Virus record (IMG/VR): IMGVR_UViG_3300028888_000049
DNA: 64,000 nucleotides
Source: a virus
Taxonomy: Duplodnaviria > Caudoviricetes
Strand: one strand, 5' to 3'
Below the pieces are notes generated by a model. That model did no database searches and was not told where the DNA came from. It saw only the letters and a list, made by a program, of their open reading frames with translations. Numbering within the stretch: position 1 is the stretch's first letter; each line of letters opens with the position of its first letter. This document shows positions 30,631 through 40,609 of this stretch, in pieces. A program made the position numbers and the translations under genes.

Positions 30631-30860
30631 AGTTTGTTTTTTATTTTCTTTTTACAAACATCTATACCGATAAGTTCATCGAAATTATATTCATTGATTG
30701 GGAAAGAAGACTCAACAAAAGCAATATTTTCACCATTAGGATATTTAAATACCCATTCAACGATAACACCTTTTTTTAACGATGCTTTTTCCCACACGTA
30801 ATCCACTCTTTCTTCGAAAATTCTATCAATATCTTCAGGTGTATATTTAATATCAGTCAT
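30582..30860 (-). CDS. Phage N4 gp49 / Sf6 gp66-like protein
   Basis: ESS.PI...NFDELIG...C...IKNKLWE..G.Y pattern. Confidence 0.65.
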   Translation of the reverse strand: MTDIKYTPEDIDRIFEERVDYVWEKASLKKGVIVEWVFKYPNGENIAFVESSFPINEYNFDELIGIDVCKKKIKNKLWEICGQYSIITGEKL

Positions 30861-33122
30861 CTTGTTTTAACTCCTCTACTGGTATCAATCTAATACAATA
30901 GTCATATTCTGTTTTACAATGTGGGCAACAAATACGGCAATTACCTGTAGGCATGTATATATAAACATCATCAATAACACTATATTCAAATTCTTTGCCA
31001 CATTTTTCACATTTTACCTTTTGTTTTTGCTTCATCATAAATTCAGCTATTTCTTTCATTCTTCATCTCCACAATCACAAAAATTTCTCATTATTCGAGA
31101 AATAAGATCAATAATTTTATTAAATATACTCATTCTTAAACTCCTACCAAGTTAATGCTTTTATAAAATTATATATATCTTCTGGCTCTTTAACTGCGGT
31201 TTGAACACAAACCATTTCGTCATCATCATCTAACTGCCAAAAGCTTATTCTATAATCAACAACGGATTCACTGAATGTTATGCCTTCTAAATTAGCAATA
31301 TCTTGTATTTGATATACACCTTTTTGCTTCGGGCTTTTTAATACCTTAAAACCATCTTTTTTTAATACTTTTATAAGTTCCTTAAATGTCATTCCTTAAA
31401 CTCCTTTGAGTTAACAGCTTCTTGCCAACTAGGATATTCTGCAATTAGCTTATCATCATAATTATCCATCATAGAAGAAAGCGAATATTCCATAGAATAA
31501 CCATTATTATAAAGTAAATATATATTATACATTCCCATATATGTAATGATGTATCTTGAACCATATGGTGTTTTATATACCTGTCCTACTTTTATCATTC
31601 TTCATTCTCCAATAAATTTAAGTTCAGGCTTTTCATTATTTCTAACATATTTTCAAAAGGCACATTCGTTTCTATTAAAGTAGGGTATTTATCTATATCA
31701 TTATAATCACAAAATATAGCATTACATTTTTTATAGAATGTCAAAGGTATATCTTCATTAGCTAAAAATTCATCATACTTAAAGGTAAAGTAATACCATT
31801 CTTTTCCTTCACATTTTATATCTACTTCTTCTTTAGCTGGAGTAATTAAAATCCAACCATATTTAATAGCTTTTTTAACTAATTCTTCCCAAGTCATTCT
31901 TTATCCTCCAATATTTATATAATTCGATTATAATTATTCTAAGATCTTGTTTTATTTTTTAAAACATAATTTTCGTCACCACCAAATCTTTTACCGAGTG
32001 TTCTAGCAACTTCTTGATAATTTTCACCGTATATCTGTCCATTACAATAACCCATATCTTCACCCCATAAACAATACCAATCTTCTGGAATTCTTTCATC
32101 TGTTATTGCAATAAACGGATATTTTTCATCTACTTGAAACATAGTAATTTCAACTTCATTGTCTAAAAGAAATCTACTTCTTGCTTCTCTAAAATTTTCA
32201 CAATTAAAGTTACATACCATAAATCCTAGTCCCATTCCTTCTTCAATCATAGATTCATTTAAATTTGGAATTTGGTACTCTTTTTTTACATTCATTGAAA
32301 AATAATTACCATATGGCAAAGGGTAATCTTCATTATGAATCCCAACTAAAGACATTGTAGCAATGTTTGCTGAAACTTTTGTTTTATGTGTTTTAATCAT
32401 TCTTCATTCTCCGTCTTGATTTCTAATTCGCCATAATCTTTTATGATTTTTCTTTTTAGATAACCGAAATCGTAGTATTTAACATAAAAATCACTCATAC
32501 AAAGATATGGAAAATATACACTACCACAACTTTTTATACAAAGTGTATATTGTTCAAGTCCATTTTCATTTCTTTCAATCTTAAATTGGCTACTTATTGA
32601 ATAAGTTTCTTTATTATTTTGTCTTATTTCAACCGTGTTAAACTTATACTCACCTCTTTTAAGAGTTTTAACATAATCTTTAACTTTCATTCTTCATTCT
32701 CCCTTAAATTCTTTGCTGTTTACAGCTTCTTGCAGACTTGAGTATTCGGTGATTAAAATACTGTGTTTATTAAAATATTCATGTGAAAAAACGCCTAAAC
32801 CCTCTAAAAATAAGACATCTATATAAGGTAATTTTTTATTATAATTGTATATAATGCCTATATCATTATCTATTTTATAGATTTGTCCTACTTTTATCAT
32901 TCTTTATTCTCCATTAAATTCCTTACTGTTCACAGCTTCTTGCCAAGTTGGATATTCGGCAAGTAATTTACAAAATGTAAAAGTATTTCCTTCATAACTA
33001 TCTGTCGTGTATCCATCCATGTAAACAATACTAATTTGACCTACATAATCTTCTTCTTTAGTAGATGTTACAACAACTTTATATTCATTTGACGTTTGCC
33101 ATACTTGTCCAACTTTAATCAT
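30853..33122 (-). CDS. Small-gene array including three MIKVGQ...EYP.WQEAVNSKEF paralogues (31389-31598, 32694-32900, 32904-33122)
   Basis: Conserved N- and C-termini at protein and DNA level; other ORFs at 30853, 31144, 31595, 31939, 32397. Confidence 0.7.
31596..32912 (-). repeat. Repeated 15-nt gene junction GGAGAATGAAGAATG
   Basis: Exact at 31596-31610, 32398-32412, 32688-32702; variants at 31895-31909, 32898-32912 and 31057-31070. Confidence 0.75.
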
Positions 33123-33138
33123 CGTTTATTTTCCTTTA

Positions 33139-33894
33139 TTATAATGCAAAAAATTCCCACTTCTTCTTTTTACAATATTCTAATGCACTATTATGTAAAT
33201 TGCAAGAAGAACAATTGTTACATGGTTTTTTATCAACACAACCTGGATATTGACAATATGAACAATATTTTAACAATTTATGTTCATGTAAATACCACAA
33301 AATATATTTCTTTTCTATCCATTCAAAGGGTAAATATAAAGTAGCATTAGCCTTACTCATTAAATTTATATTTTCGAAAATATTATTGAATTTATCTATA
33401 AAGTGCCATATATCATCATTTTTTATATATCCAAATGAGATTAAACGATTATTACCTCTAATAAAGTTAGCTATCGTACTTAAAAACAATTGTGGCTGAA
33501 CAATACCTCCATAATTACCATAATCATAATAATCACCATCTTCTTTAATTTCAAATATAATGTGGTTAACTGACATTTTTCGTTTTTTGAATATCTTAAG
33601 TAATTGTTTTTGAGCAATTATATCAACAGGATAGCTTCCAAATCTATCATAATGTATAGAAACAAGATTAATAGTTTTATGAAACTTTTCCCATAAATAT
33701 AATACCAAAGCTGTAGAATCACATCCACCACTCCATAAAACAAAAATATCCGAAATAGTTTCTGGGGTTTTTACATAATCACCATAATTATCATTTACCC
33801 AATTAAAAAACTCAGAACCAATTATGTCTTCTTGTGTATTCATAACTTTCCTATTCAATCTATATTTATTTTCCTTTAATGGTTTCAAATTCAA
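33139..33894 (-). CDS. QueC-like PP-loop ATPase (7-cyano-7-deazaguanine synthase family)
   Basis: LWSGGCDST PP-loop; C-terminal SYC...PCNNCSSC zinc site. Confidence 0.75.
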   Translation of the reverse strand: MNLKPLKENKYRLNRKVMNTQEDIIGSEFFNWVNDNYGDYVKTPETISDIFVLWSGGCDSTALVLYLWEKFHKTINLVSIHYDRFGSYPVDIIAQKQLLKIFKKRKMSVNHIIFEIKEDGDYYDYGNYGGIVQPQLFLSTIANFIRGNNRLISFGYIKNDDIWHFIDKFNNIFENINLMSKANATLYLPFEWIEKKYILWYLHEHKLLKYCSYCQYPGCVDKKPCNNCSSCNLHNSALEYCKKKKWEFFAL

Positions 33895-34054
33895 TTACAC
33901 GTTCATCATAACTGGTTAAACAAAATTGTTTAATTTGAACTTCTTTTCCATCAACCTTAAAAATTAAGTCTATATCAAGGTTAGGATCCTCATTATTTAA
34001 TTTCTTTTCACCTGTAATGATATTTAATTTATCTAAGAATTCTAATCTTTTCAT
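33866..34054 (-). CDS. Hypothetical protein, first gene of leftward operon
   Basis: AGGAG RBS, TTTACA promoter at 34097-34103. Confidence 0.6.
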   Translation of the reverse strand: MKRLEFLDKLNIITGEKKLNNEDPNLDIDLIFKVDGKEVQIKQFCLTSYDERVIEFETIKGK

Positions 34055-34196
34055 ATTTTTTCTCCTTTTTAAAAATTTATTATGAAAAAAAATATTTGTA
34101 AAGCAAAAAATTTTTTTAAAATACTGTTTTTAATACTGTTCTATAAAAATAGTTATTACTAATTTTTACTTCATTAACAATAAAGAGTTTCAATAA
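34055..34196. promoter_or_regulatory. Divergent control region: leftward GCTTTACA promoter and rightward GTTCTA element
   Basis: tgtaaagc at 34097-34104; gttcta at 34138-34143; major strand switch of gene orientation. Confidence 0.7.
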
Positions 34197-34598
34197 ATGA
34201 TCCGATCAAAATTAGATCCAGAAACTAAAATGGAATTATTAATTAAATTAGCTTTTGGAATTCCTTATGAACTTTTAGAAGCTGAATATGATATGACTAA
34301 AGCTAAAATTATCAATTTGCGTAAAAATAATTATGTAAAATACAATGAATTTTTTGATTATTGGAGAATTGATAAAGAAGTAGCAAATTTAGGATTAACA
34401 CCAAAAAATGAGAGAGCATTAAGTGTTATTAAAAAATTCTATAAAGATAAAGTACGTATTGTTTCAAGTGATGAGATATATTTCAACAATAAATTCTGTT
34501 CTTTTATAGATATTATCAATTTAGCAGATCAAGTTTTACAAAAAGATAATATATATTGTTTTAAACAATTATCAGTTTATATGAAAAATTATTACTAA
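34197..34598 (+). CDS. HTH-containing hypothetical protein
   Basis: LAFGIPYELLEAEYDMTKAKIINLR resembles an HTH. Confidence 0.5.
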   Translation: MIRSKLDPETKMELLIKLAFGIPYELLEAEYDMTKAKIINLRKNNYVKYNEFFDYWRIDKEVANLGLTPKNERALSVIKKFYKDKVRIVSSDEIYFNNKFCSFIDIINLADQVLQKDNIYCFKQLSVYMKNYY

Positions 34599-34611
34599 AA
34601 AGGAGATATTA

Positions 34612-35016
34612 ATGTCAGTTACAAAAAAGAATATAGATATTTCTAAAGAAGAACTTACTAAGCAGCAATGGGCTTCTAAAACAAAAGGAGTATTTATGAA
34701 TATGCTATCTGGCGTATTCTATAATCCTCAAGATGGTAAATATCATATGCCTCCTATTCAATATTCAGATTGCAGTTTAGAAGGTGAAAAGATTAAATTT
34801 GCAAATGGACAAGAATTAACTGTTATTTTTTCTTGTTTAGCTGAAGAATTTGAACATAAACAGGAAGTTAAAGATCAATGGTGGGCAAAAGCTCGTGAAG
34901 TTAAAGAAAGTTACCTAAAACAAAAACAAATCGAAGAGCATGTTGCTTCTAATGACGTAGATCTTAAAAAATTACGTAAACAAGGTGCTTTGGAAGTAGA
35001 CGATGCCTCAAAATAG
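34612..35016 (+). CDS. Hypothetical protein
   Basis: AAGGAG RBS, 134 aa. Confidence 0.65.
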   Translation: MSVTKKNIDISKEELTKQQWASKTKGVFMNMLSGVFYNPQDGKYHMPPIQYSDCSLEGEKIKFANGQELTVIFSCLAEEFEHKQEVKDQWWAKAREVKESYLKQKQIEEHVASNDVDLKKLRKQGALEVDDASK

Positions 35017-35290
35017 TACATATTCTAAAGTTAAAACTATTGCAGAAGATACCGGTCTTAATGAAATGGAAGTAGCATATGTTCTTTATGATTATTTAAC
35101 ATGGTGTCTTCAAGAAGTTTTGATTGACGGTGAATCTAAAACATTATTTGGTGTATTAAAACTTAATAAAGATGATGTTTTGGAATTACAGCATGATAAA
35201 GAAGGTCTTATTAAGCTATTAGATAAAAGTAGTAGAATTACATTATTAAAAATATGTGAAAAAGGACCTGAAGCTAGGATTTTTGATTAA
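35003..35290 (+). CDS. HU/IHF-like small protein
   Basis: IAEDTGL...EV..VL......QEVL.DGE....FG.LKL resembles the HU N-terminal half. Confidence 0.45.
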   Translation: MPQNSTYSKVKTIAEDTGLNEMEVAYVLYDYLTWCLQEVLIDGESKTLFGVLKLNKDDVLELQHDKEGLIKLLDKSSRITLLKICEKGPEARIFD

Positions 35291-35676
35291 TGCCATACTT
35301 TGTTAAAACCGAATTTCAATGTTTTGATGATCTTAATGATATTATTGAGGAATCTTTTAACGATTGTATATCTAATCGAGAAGAAATTGCATGGTTAATA
35401 TCATTAATAAGAAATTTATTAAATCTTAGAAACAGAAGATATGATTTTAATAAAGATAATATACGTATTAATTGGTGGCAAGATAATTTATATGAACCAT
35501 TAGAAAATTGGAAACGATATTATAATTTATCAACAAGCTTACCAAGACAAGAATGGATAAAACACGATGACTACCAAAGGCAAGACACTTCAATCACACG
35601 TAAGACAACATACAGACGCAAAAAGACCAAAAAACGCGATAGAAGCTTTATTAAACCAAGCGGAACTCTCTTTTGA
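35290..35676 (+). CDS. Hypothetical protein
   Basis: TAATG-coupled; 3' end overlaps the next gene by 110 nt. Confidence 0.55.
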   Translation: MPYFVKTEFQCFDDLNDIIEESFNDCISNREEIAWLISLIRNLLNLRNRRYDFNKDNIRINWWQDNLYEPLENWKRYYNLSTSLPRQEWIKHDDYQRQDTSITRKTTYRRKKTKKRDRSFIKPSGTLF

Positions 35677-36139
35677 AGACTTATCATCAAGTGAAATGGT
35701 TCTTATTATGGCTACTATGTTAGAATCTAGAGGATATCATGGTATGCTTGAACTTATGTCGGCTCTAGAAAAACCAGAAATATTGATAAAAATCATTAGA
35801 TTATTCTACGGTATGACTATTCAAATACCACCTCTTAGAGATTGGATAGATACTATGAATACTATTGAATATATATTTCTTCGCTTTCATAAAGAAAAAA
35901 TGACTGATACACTTACTAGAGATTATATGGGTATTTCAGAATTCGATGAAGAAAGATATATTGAAATCTTTGATAACTGGGTTCAATATTTAGCAAATAA
36001 TAACTGTGACTTATCAGCTATAATGCATATGAATAGTAATGCTCTAACAAAACGTTATAAAAATGTCACAAAACGTCGTTTAAGAAGAAATATTAAGCGC
36101 ACAACTAAGCCAAAAATATACAAGCCTAAGGAATCTTAG
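35567..36139 (+). CDS. Possible Mor/C-family transcription activator
   Basis: LIKIIRLFYGMTIQIPP resembles the Mor/C hh..hGG..hYIP motif; basic C-terminus. Confidence 0.4.
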   Translation: MTTKGKTLQSHVRQHTDAKRPKNAIEALLNQAELSFEDLSSSEMVLIMATMLESRGYHGMLELMSALEKPEILIKIIRLFYGMTIQIPPLRDWIDTMNTIEYIFLRFHKEKMTDTLTRDYMGISEFDEERYIEIFDNWVQYLANNNCDLSAIMHMNSNALTKRYKNVTKRRLRRNIKRTTKPKIYKPKES

Positions 36140-36189
36140 ATTTTAAACTGTTCTAATTATATAGTATTTAACATTAAAGGATAACTTTT

Positions 36190-36858
36190 ATGGAAAACGA
36201 TACACCAAAAGTATGGAATAACGCTGCAGTAATGGTCCAAGACGAATATCCACAACAAGAAATGGTAGAAGTTCAAGAAGAAAAACCTCTTCCTTCTATT
36301 GAAGAACAACAAAGAGAACTTGAAAAGAGTGGTATTACTGGTATTAACTACAATATGGTTAATACTCTTATAGAAATGAATAAAGTTGCTCAACTTCTTC
36401 AAACAGTTCGTGCTACAGAATCTGAAGATGGTCGTAGAGCCGTATTAAGATCATTCTGTGAAGGTTTTGTACATGCAAGAATGCAAAATAATATCGTTGC
36501 AGAAACTCTTAAAGCTAAACTTCTTGCTAGATTACTTCAGAATATCGATAGATTAGACCTTTCTACAGCTGCTCAAATCTATATTGACTTAACACAAACT
36601 ATGGCAGTAGATACTCAAATGGCTATGTCTGCTATTAACGGAATGAATCCTAGTGCCACAACTCCTATTTCATCTGGTGTAACTGTAAACATTAGTAATG
36701 CATCGGGTGATACTCCTACTATTACTAATAATACTCTGAATACAGATCAAGGAGCTGCTCAACTAAAAGAAGTATCTCTCCTTAATAATAACGTTAAAGC
36801 CTGGAGTAATAATACTATTCCAACGCAAGCTTCTATTAAGAAAATTGGAAATAAATAA
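36190..36858 (+). CDS. Hypothetical protein, positional candidate for small terminase
   Basis: Helical 222 aa ORF immediately upstream of TerL, with GTTCTA element at 36150. Confidence 0.4.
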   Translation: MENDTPKVWNNAAVMVQDEYPQQEMVEVQEEKPLPSIEEQQRELEKSGITGINYNMVNTLIEMNKVAQLLQTVRATESEDGRRAVLRSFCEGFVHARMQNNIVAETLKAKLLARLLQNIDRLDLSTAAQIYIDLTQTMAVDTQMAMSAINGMNPSATTPISSGVTVNISNASGDTPTITNNTLNTDQGAAQLKEVSLLNNNVKAWSNNTIPTQASIKKIGNK

Positions 36859-36885
36859 TCTAATACTAAAAAAAGAGGATACTTA

Positions 36886-39369
36886 ATGGAAACGTTACCT
36901 GAAGATATAGAACGTAAACTAGAAAACTTACCAGTTGTTTCATTTGATGCTAGTGATGAATTACCTCGAGTATTAGCTACTCAAGATTTTATTGATATAT
37001 TCAATTATTACAAAGAACACTTTTTACCAGATGTCCTTAAATCACAACCAGAAATATATCAAAAAGTAAGTCTATATCTAACATTAACCGGTCAAGATAC
37101 AGCATTTGCTAACCAAACAGATCAAGTTCTCTTTAGAAGACCTGTACCAACTATGGAAGAATTTCTAAATGATGACTTCTATCATGGCAAACTAACTGCT
37201 ACAATGTATCCATACTGGAAAGAACAGCTATGTAATATCTTCAGAGAAAATTCACCAGTACGAAAAGTAATCTTTGGAGGATCAATAGGATCGGGAAAAA
37301 GCACCATTGCTCGTAAAGCTATCGTATACTCTTTATACAGAGCATTATGTCTAAGATATCCTAGAGCTGCATTTAACGTCGATGAAGATACTACTCTTGC
37401 TAACTTCATTGTATCAGTTACTATTAAACAAGTATTTGATACTAACTTAATGCCATTCGTAAGTCTATTAAATAATATGCCTTGCTTTCAATCAGTACGT
37501 CATATCACTTCTTTCGATGGTTTTAATTTAGACGATCCTTACTGTCCAATACCATTCTGGGTTGAAAAATCTTCAGGTACTATATTCTTCCCAAATAACT
37601 TCATCTTATCAGCAGGATCACAAGTACAACATACTATTGGTTACTCTATCATTAACTCTTTCTGCTTTACTGAAAACACTAAAGTATATACAAACAAAGG
37701 TATCTTAACATTCAAAGAATTAGAAAACAGATTTAAAAACAATGAATCCTTTACAACAAAATCAATAACAAATACTAAAGAAATTATAGACTCTAACATA
37801 ACTAATGTACAAATAACAGGATATAAACAAGACTTTATAAAAATATATATCACAGACACAGATTATATTGAATGCACTCCCGAACATCCCTTTGTTATAG
37901 CTAATCCAAAAGAAAACGATCCATTCTTAATATACGAAAACGGAATACCATACAAATATACTAAAGACTTAACAGAAAAAGATGAACTAGAAGAAGGAAA
38001 TTCATCTATAAAAATTAAAAAGATCGAAAAAGTACATTATGATGAACCAAAACCAGTCTATGACTTAACAGTAGATAGTAAATACCATAATTTCCTCATC
38101 AATCGTGGTCTTAATATTTTTACCCACAATTGTGATGAAATTAATGAGCGTGGCGTTGAAACGGCTATTAATTTCCTTAACTCAATTGATAACCGCTTCA
38201 GTTCGAGATTCCAAGGCAGTCCGTTTGTCTTCCAAGCGGTTGTCTCTTCGGCTCGAACCACAAACAGTCCTATTGGTGAGTATATTAAGCATTTACCCAA
38301 GAATGATCCTAGTATTGAGATCTTGTCTCCTTGTTTGTGGGAAGTAAAGCCTGACCCGAACTTTATTGGAGATGGCACAACGTTTCCTGTTCTCGTTGGC
38401 AATGGTTCTATACCTTCTAGTATTATTACAGATGAAGCAACTTTAAAGGCTATAGATGAAGGTAAGTATGTCGAGCCAACAGGTTGTAGTTTAATTCACG
38501 TGCCAACAGTTTATAGATCAAAGTTCGAATTACAATTAGATCAGTCTATACAAGATATTGCTGGTATGACTACATCTGATAATAATATGGTATTTAGAGA
38601 TACGTCTAGATTAGAAGATACTGCATTATTACCAGAGTTATATATGGAAGCTAATATACGTGATAATATTAATTTATTAGATTTATTACCAGTAGATAGA
38701 ATATTTGAGAAAGGTCTTAATAATAGATGGTATTTTAAGAGAGCTCCTAATGCACCTAGGTTCTGTCATGTCGACTTAGGTGGATCAGGAGAACGAAATT
38801 GTGATACTGCATTATGTATTGGTCATAAAGAGTGGAAGAATAATACTGTAACTAACATGAGAGATACTATATATGTAGTAGATATGTTAATATTTGTTAC
38901 AGCACCAATTAAAGTAGATTTAAAAGCTATTGAAAACTTTCTTATAGGTCTTGTTAAAGTATATAATGCACCTATACATACTGTTTCTTTTGACCAATGG
39001 CAATCTCTTGTTATGACACAAAATCTAGAAGTATCTGGATGTTTTACTGAGGTTAAAAAAGTATCAGTAGATCTTAAACCAGAACCATATATGAATGCTG
39101 CTAGATTAATGGAATTAGGACAAGTTAAAATAGGCGCATGTCCAAAACTTAAAAAAGAATTAGAAGCTCTTATTTTTGAAAAAGGTAGAGTAACAAGAAC
39201 TACCGAACTTAAAGATGGCGCTGACGTATTAACTGGATTTATTTATGATGCTCAAATGTGTACTGAAGCCACTCCAATAGATAGATATAAAAACGCTGGA
39301 GCAGTTAAATTCGATAAAGGATATAAACTCTATATTAATAAAGATGAATACTTAACAGACTTGTTCTAA
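36886..39369 (+). CDS. terL: Terminase large subunit containing an intein
   Basis: Walker A GGSIGSGKS, Walker B SFCDE (rejoined after splicing), VSS motif III, nuclease HVDLG, SFDQWQS, KDGAD. Confidence 0.9.
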   Translation: METLPEDIERKLENLPVVSFDASDELPRVLATQDFIDIFNYYKEHFLPDVLKSQPEIYQKVSLYLTLTGQDTAFANQTDQVLFRRPVPTMEEFLNDDFYHGKLTATMYPYWKEQLCNIFRENSPVRKVIFGGSIGSGKSTIARKAIVYSLYRALCLRYPRAAFNVDEDTTLANFIVSVTIKQVFDTNLMPFVSLLNNMPCFQSVRHITSFDGFNLDDPYCPIPFWVEKSSGTIFFPNNFILSAGSQVQHTIGYSIINSFCFTENTKVYTNKGILTFKELENRFKNNESFTTKSITNTKEIIDSNITNVQITGYKQDFIKIYITDTDYIECTPEHPFVIANPKENDPFLIYENGIPYKYTKDLTEKDELEEGNSSIKIKKIEKVHYDEPKPVYDLTVDSKYHNFLINRGLNIFTHNCDEINERGVETAINFLNSIDNRFSSRFQGSPFVFQAVVSSARTTNSPIGEYIKHLPKNDPSIEILSPCLWEVKPDPNFIGDGTTFPVLVGNGSIPSSIITDEATLKAIDEGKYVEPTGCSLIHVPTVYRSKFELQLDQSIQDIAGMTTSDNNMVFRDTSRLEDTALLPELYMEANIRDNINLLDLLPVDRIFEKGLNNRWYFKRAPNAPRFCHVDLGGSGERNCDTALCIGHKEWKNNTVTNMRDTIYVVDMLIFVTAPIKVDLKAIENFLIGLVKVYNAPIHTVSFDQWQSLVMTQNLEVSGCFTEVKKVSVDLKPEPYMNAARLMELGQVKIGACPKLKKELEALIFEKGRVTRTTELKDGADVLTGFIYDAQMCTEATPIDRYKNAGAVKFDKGYKLYINKDEYLTDLF
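37663..38130 (+). mobile_element. 156 aa mini-intein in TerL Walker B
   Basis: Starts CFTENTKV, block B ECTPEHPF, block F VYDLTV, ends IFTHN followed by extein Cys; no endonuclease domain. Confidence 0.93.
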
Positions 39370-40472
39370 GAAGCTATCAAACCAAATGTAAAACTCTTCT
39401 AATGTCCAAAACTCATACCAGTTAAGATTATTCTTCTCTGCACACATTCTCTTTTCTGGATCAGTTATAGTCCACACCTCAATACAACTCTCAAAAAAGG
39501 GATCATCTTCGTGACTCTTCCACTCTTCTAATAATTGACGATGATCTTCTCTCTTTTCATCATAAGGACCAAGTATTACATCACCAGACTTTCCATGACT
39601 CATAAAGCCTTGATATTCAATAAAAATATCATATGTTAGTAAATAAAAATCACATAAGTAAGGATAACGATCATCAACATGCTCATATTCTACAGCAATT
39701 CCGCACTTAAAAAACAATTATATATCTCTACTTCAGCATTAGAACGAACTTTAGTACCATCTAAACATTCTTTAGCTTTTACATAAGAACCAAATGTCAT
39801 CGTACCATTTTCTTTTTTTGTCTTATATATTTTAGCCATTCTTTTAGAATCTCTTTCTTTATCTTTAAAAATAGCTTTAAATTCATCTGTTTCTGGATAC
39901 GAATAGACTTTATACTTTTTAAATATACCATCTTTACGAGCTTGAGTTATTTTATCTTTTTCTTCTTGTGATTTATTATTCCAAGTTTCACTACACTTTT
40001 TAGAGTTACAATAATTTTTATCTCCATATCTTTCAAGTTTAGTTTGTTGCATTTTTTCTAATAATTTTTTACTTGCTCCACCATTACCACCGTATAATTC
40101 TACTGTTTTAGCTCTACCATTTAATTTAGGATCCTTTGAAGACCAATTATGTTTTACTCCATGTCGTTGTAACATAGTATTTTCATATTTTTCTTTTGCT
40201 TTTTTCTTATCTTCATCAGACATATTATGTTTTGCTTCAGATAACATTTTAGAATATTCTTCTGTCTTTTTAAAAGCACTATAACATTTCATACAACAAA
40301 AACTATATTTCCAATTTTTCTTTACTTTTTGATAAAATGATTTTCCACAAGTATGACATACTGCATTCGGTTTACGATTATCATAATACTCTTTCTGACA
40401 TTCTTTACAGCAAAACTTTTTAGTATTTTTTATAGTTTTACCACAGTTTAAACACGTTCTTGTAACTTTCAT
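39352..40472 (-). mobile_element. Endonuclease gene split into two overlapping ORFs (39690-40472 zinc-finger/DNA-binding; 39352-39717 nuclease)
   Basis: CxxC/FCC..C fingers; CDFYL..YDIFIEYQG..H nuclease core in the -1 frame; T TTT TTA at 39708-39714. Confidence 0.8.
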
Positions 40473-40609
40473 AAGATTTCACTCCTTTTTATTCTTTCTA
40501 TATACAGTGGCTATTCTCATCCGTACACGATTATTCTTCTGTTTCTAATAACAAAAAAGAGACCATATTTCAGATCTCTTTGTAATTGACTGAGAATAGC
40601 TACCTCTTG

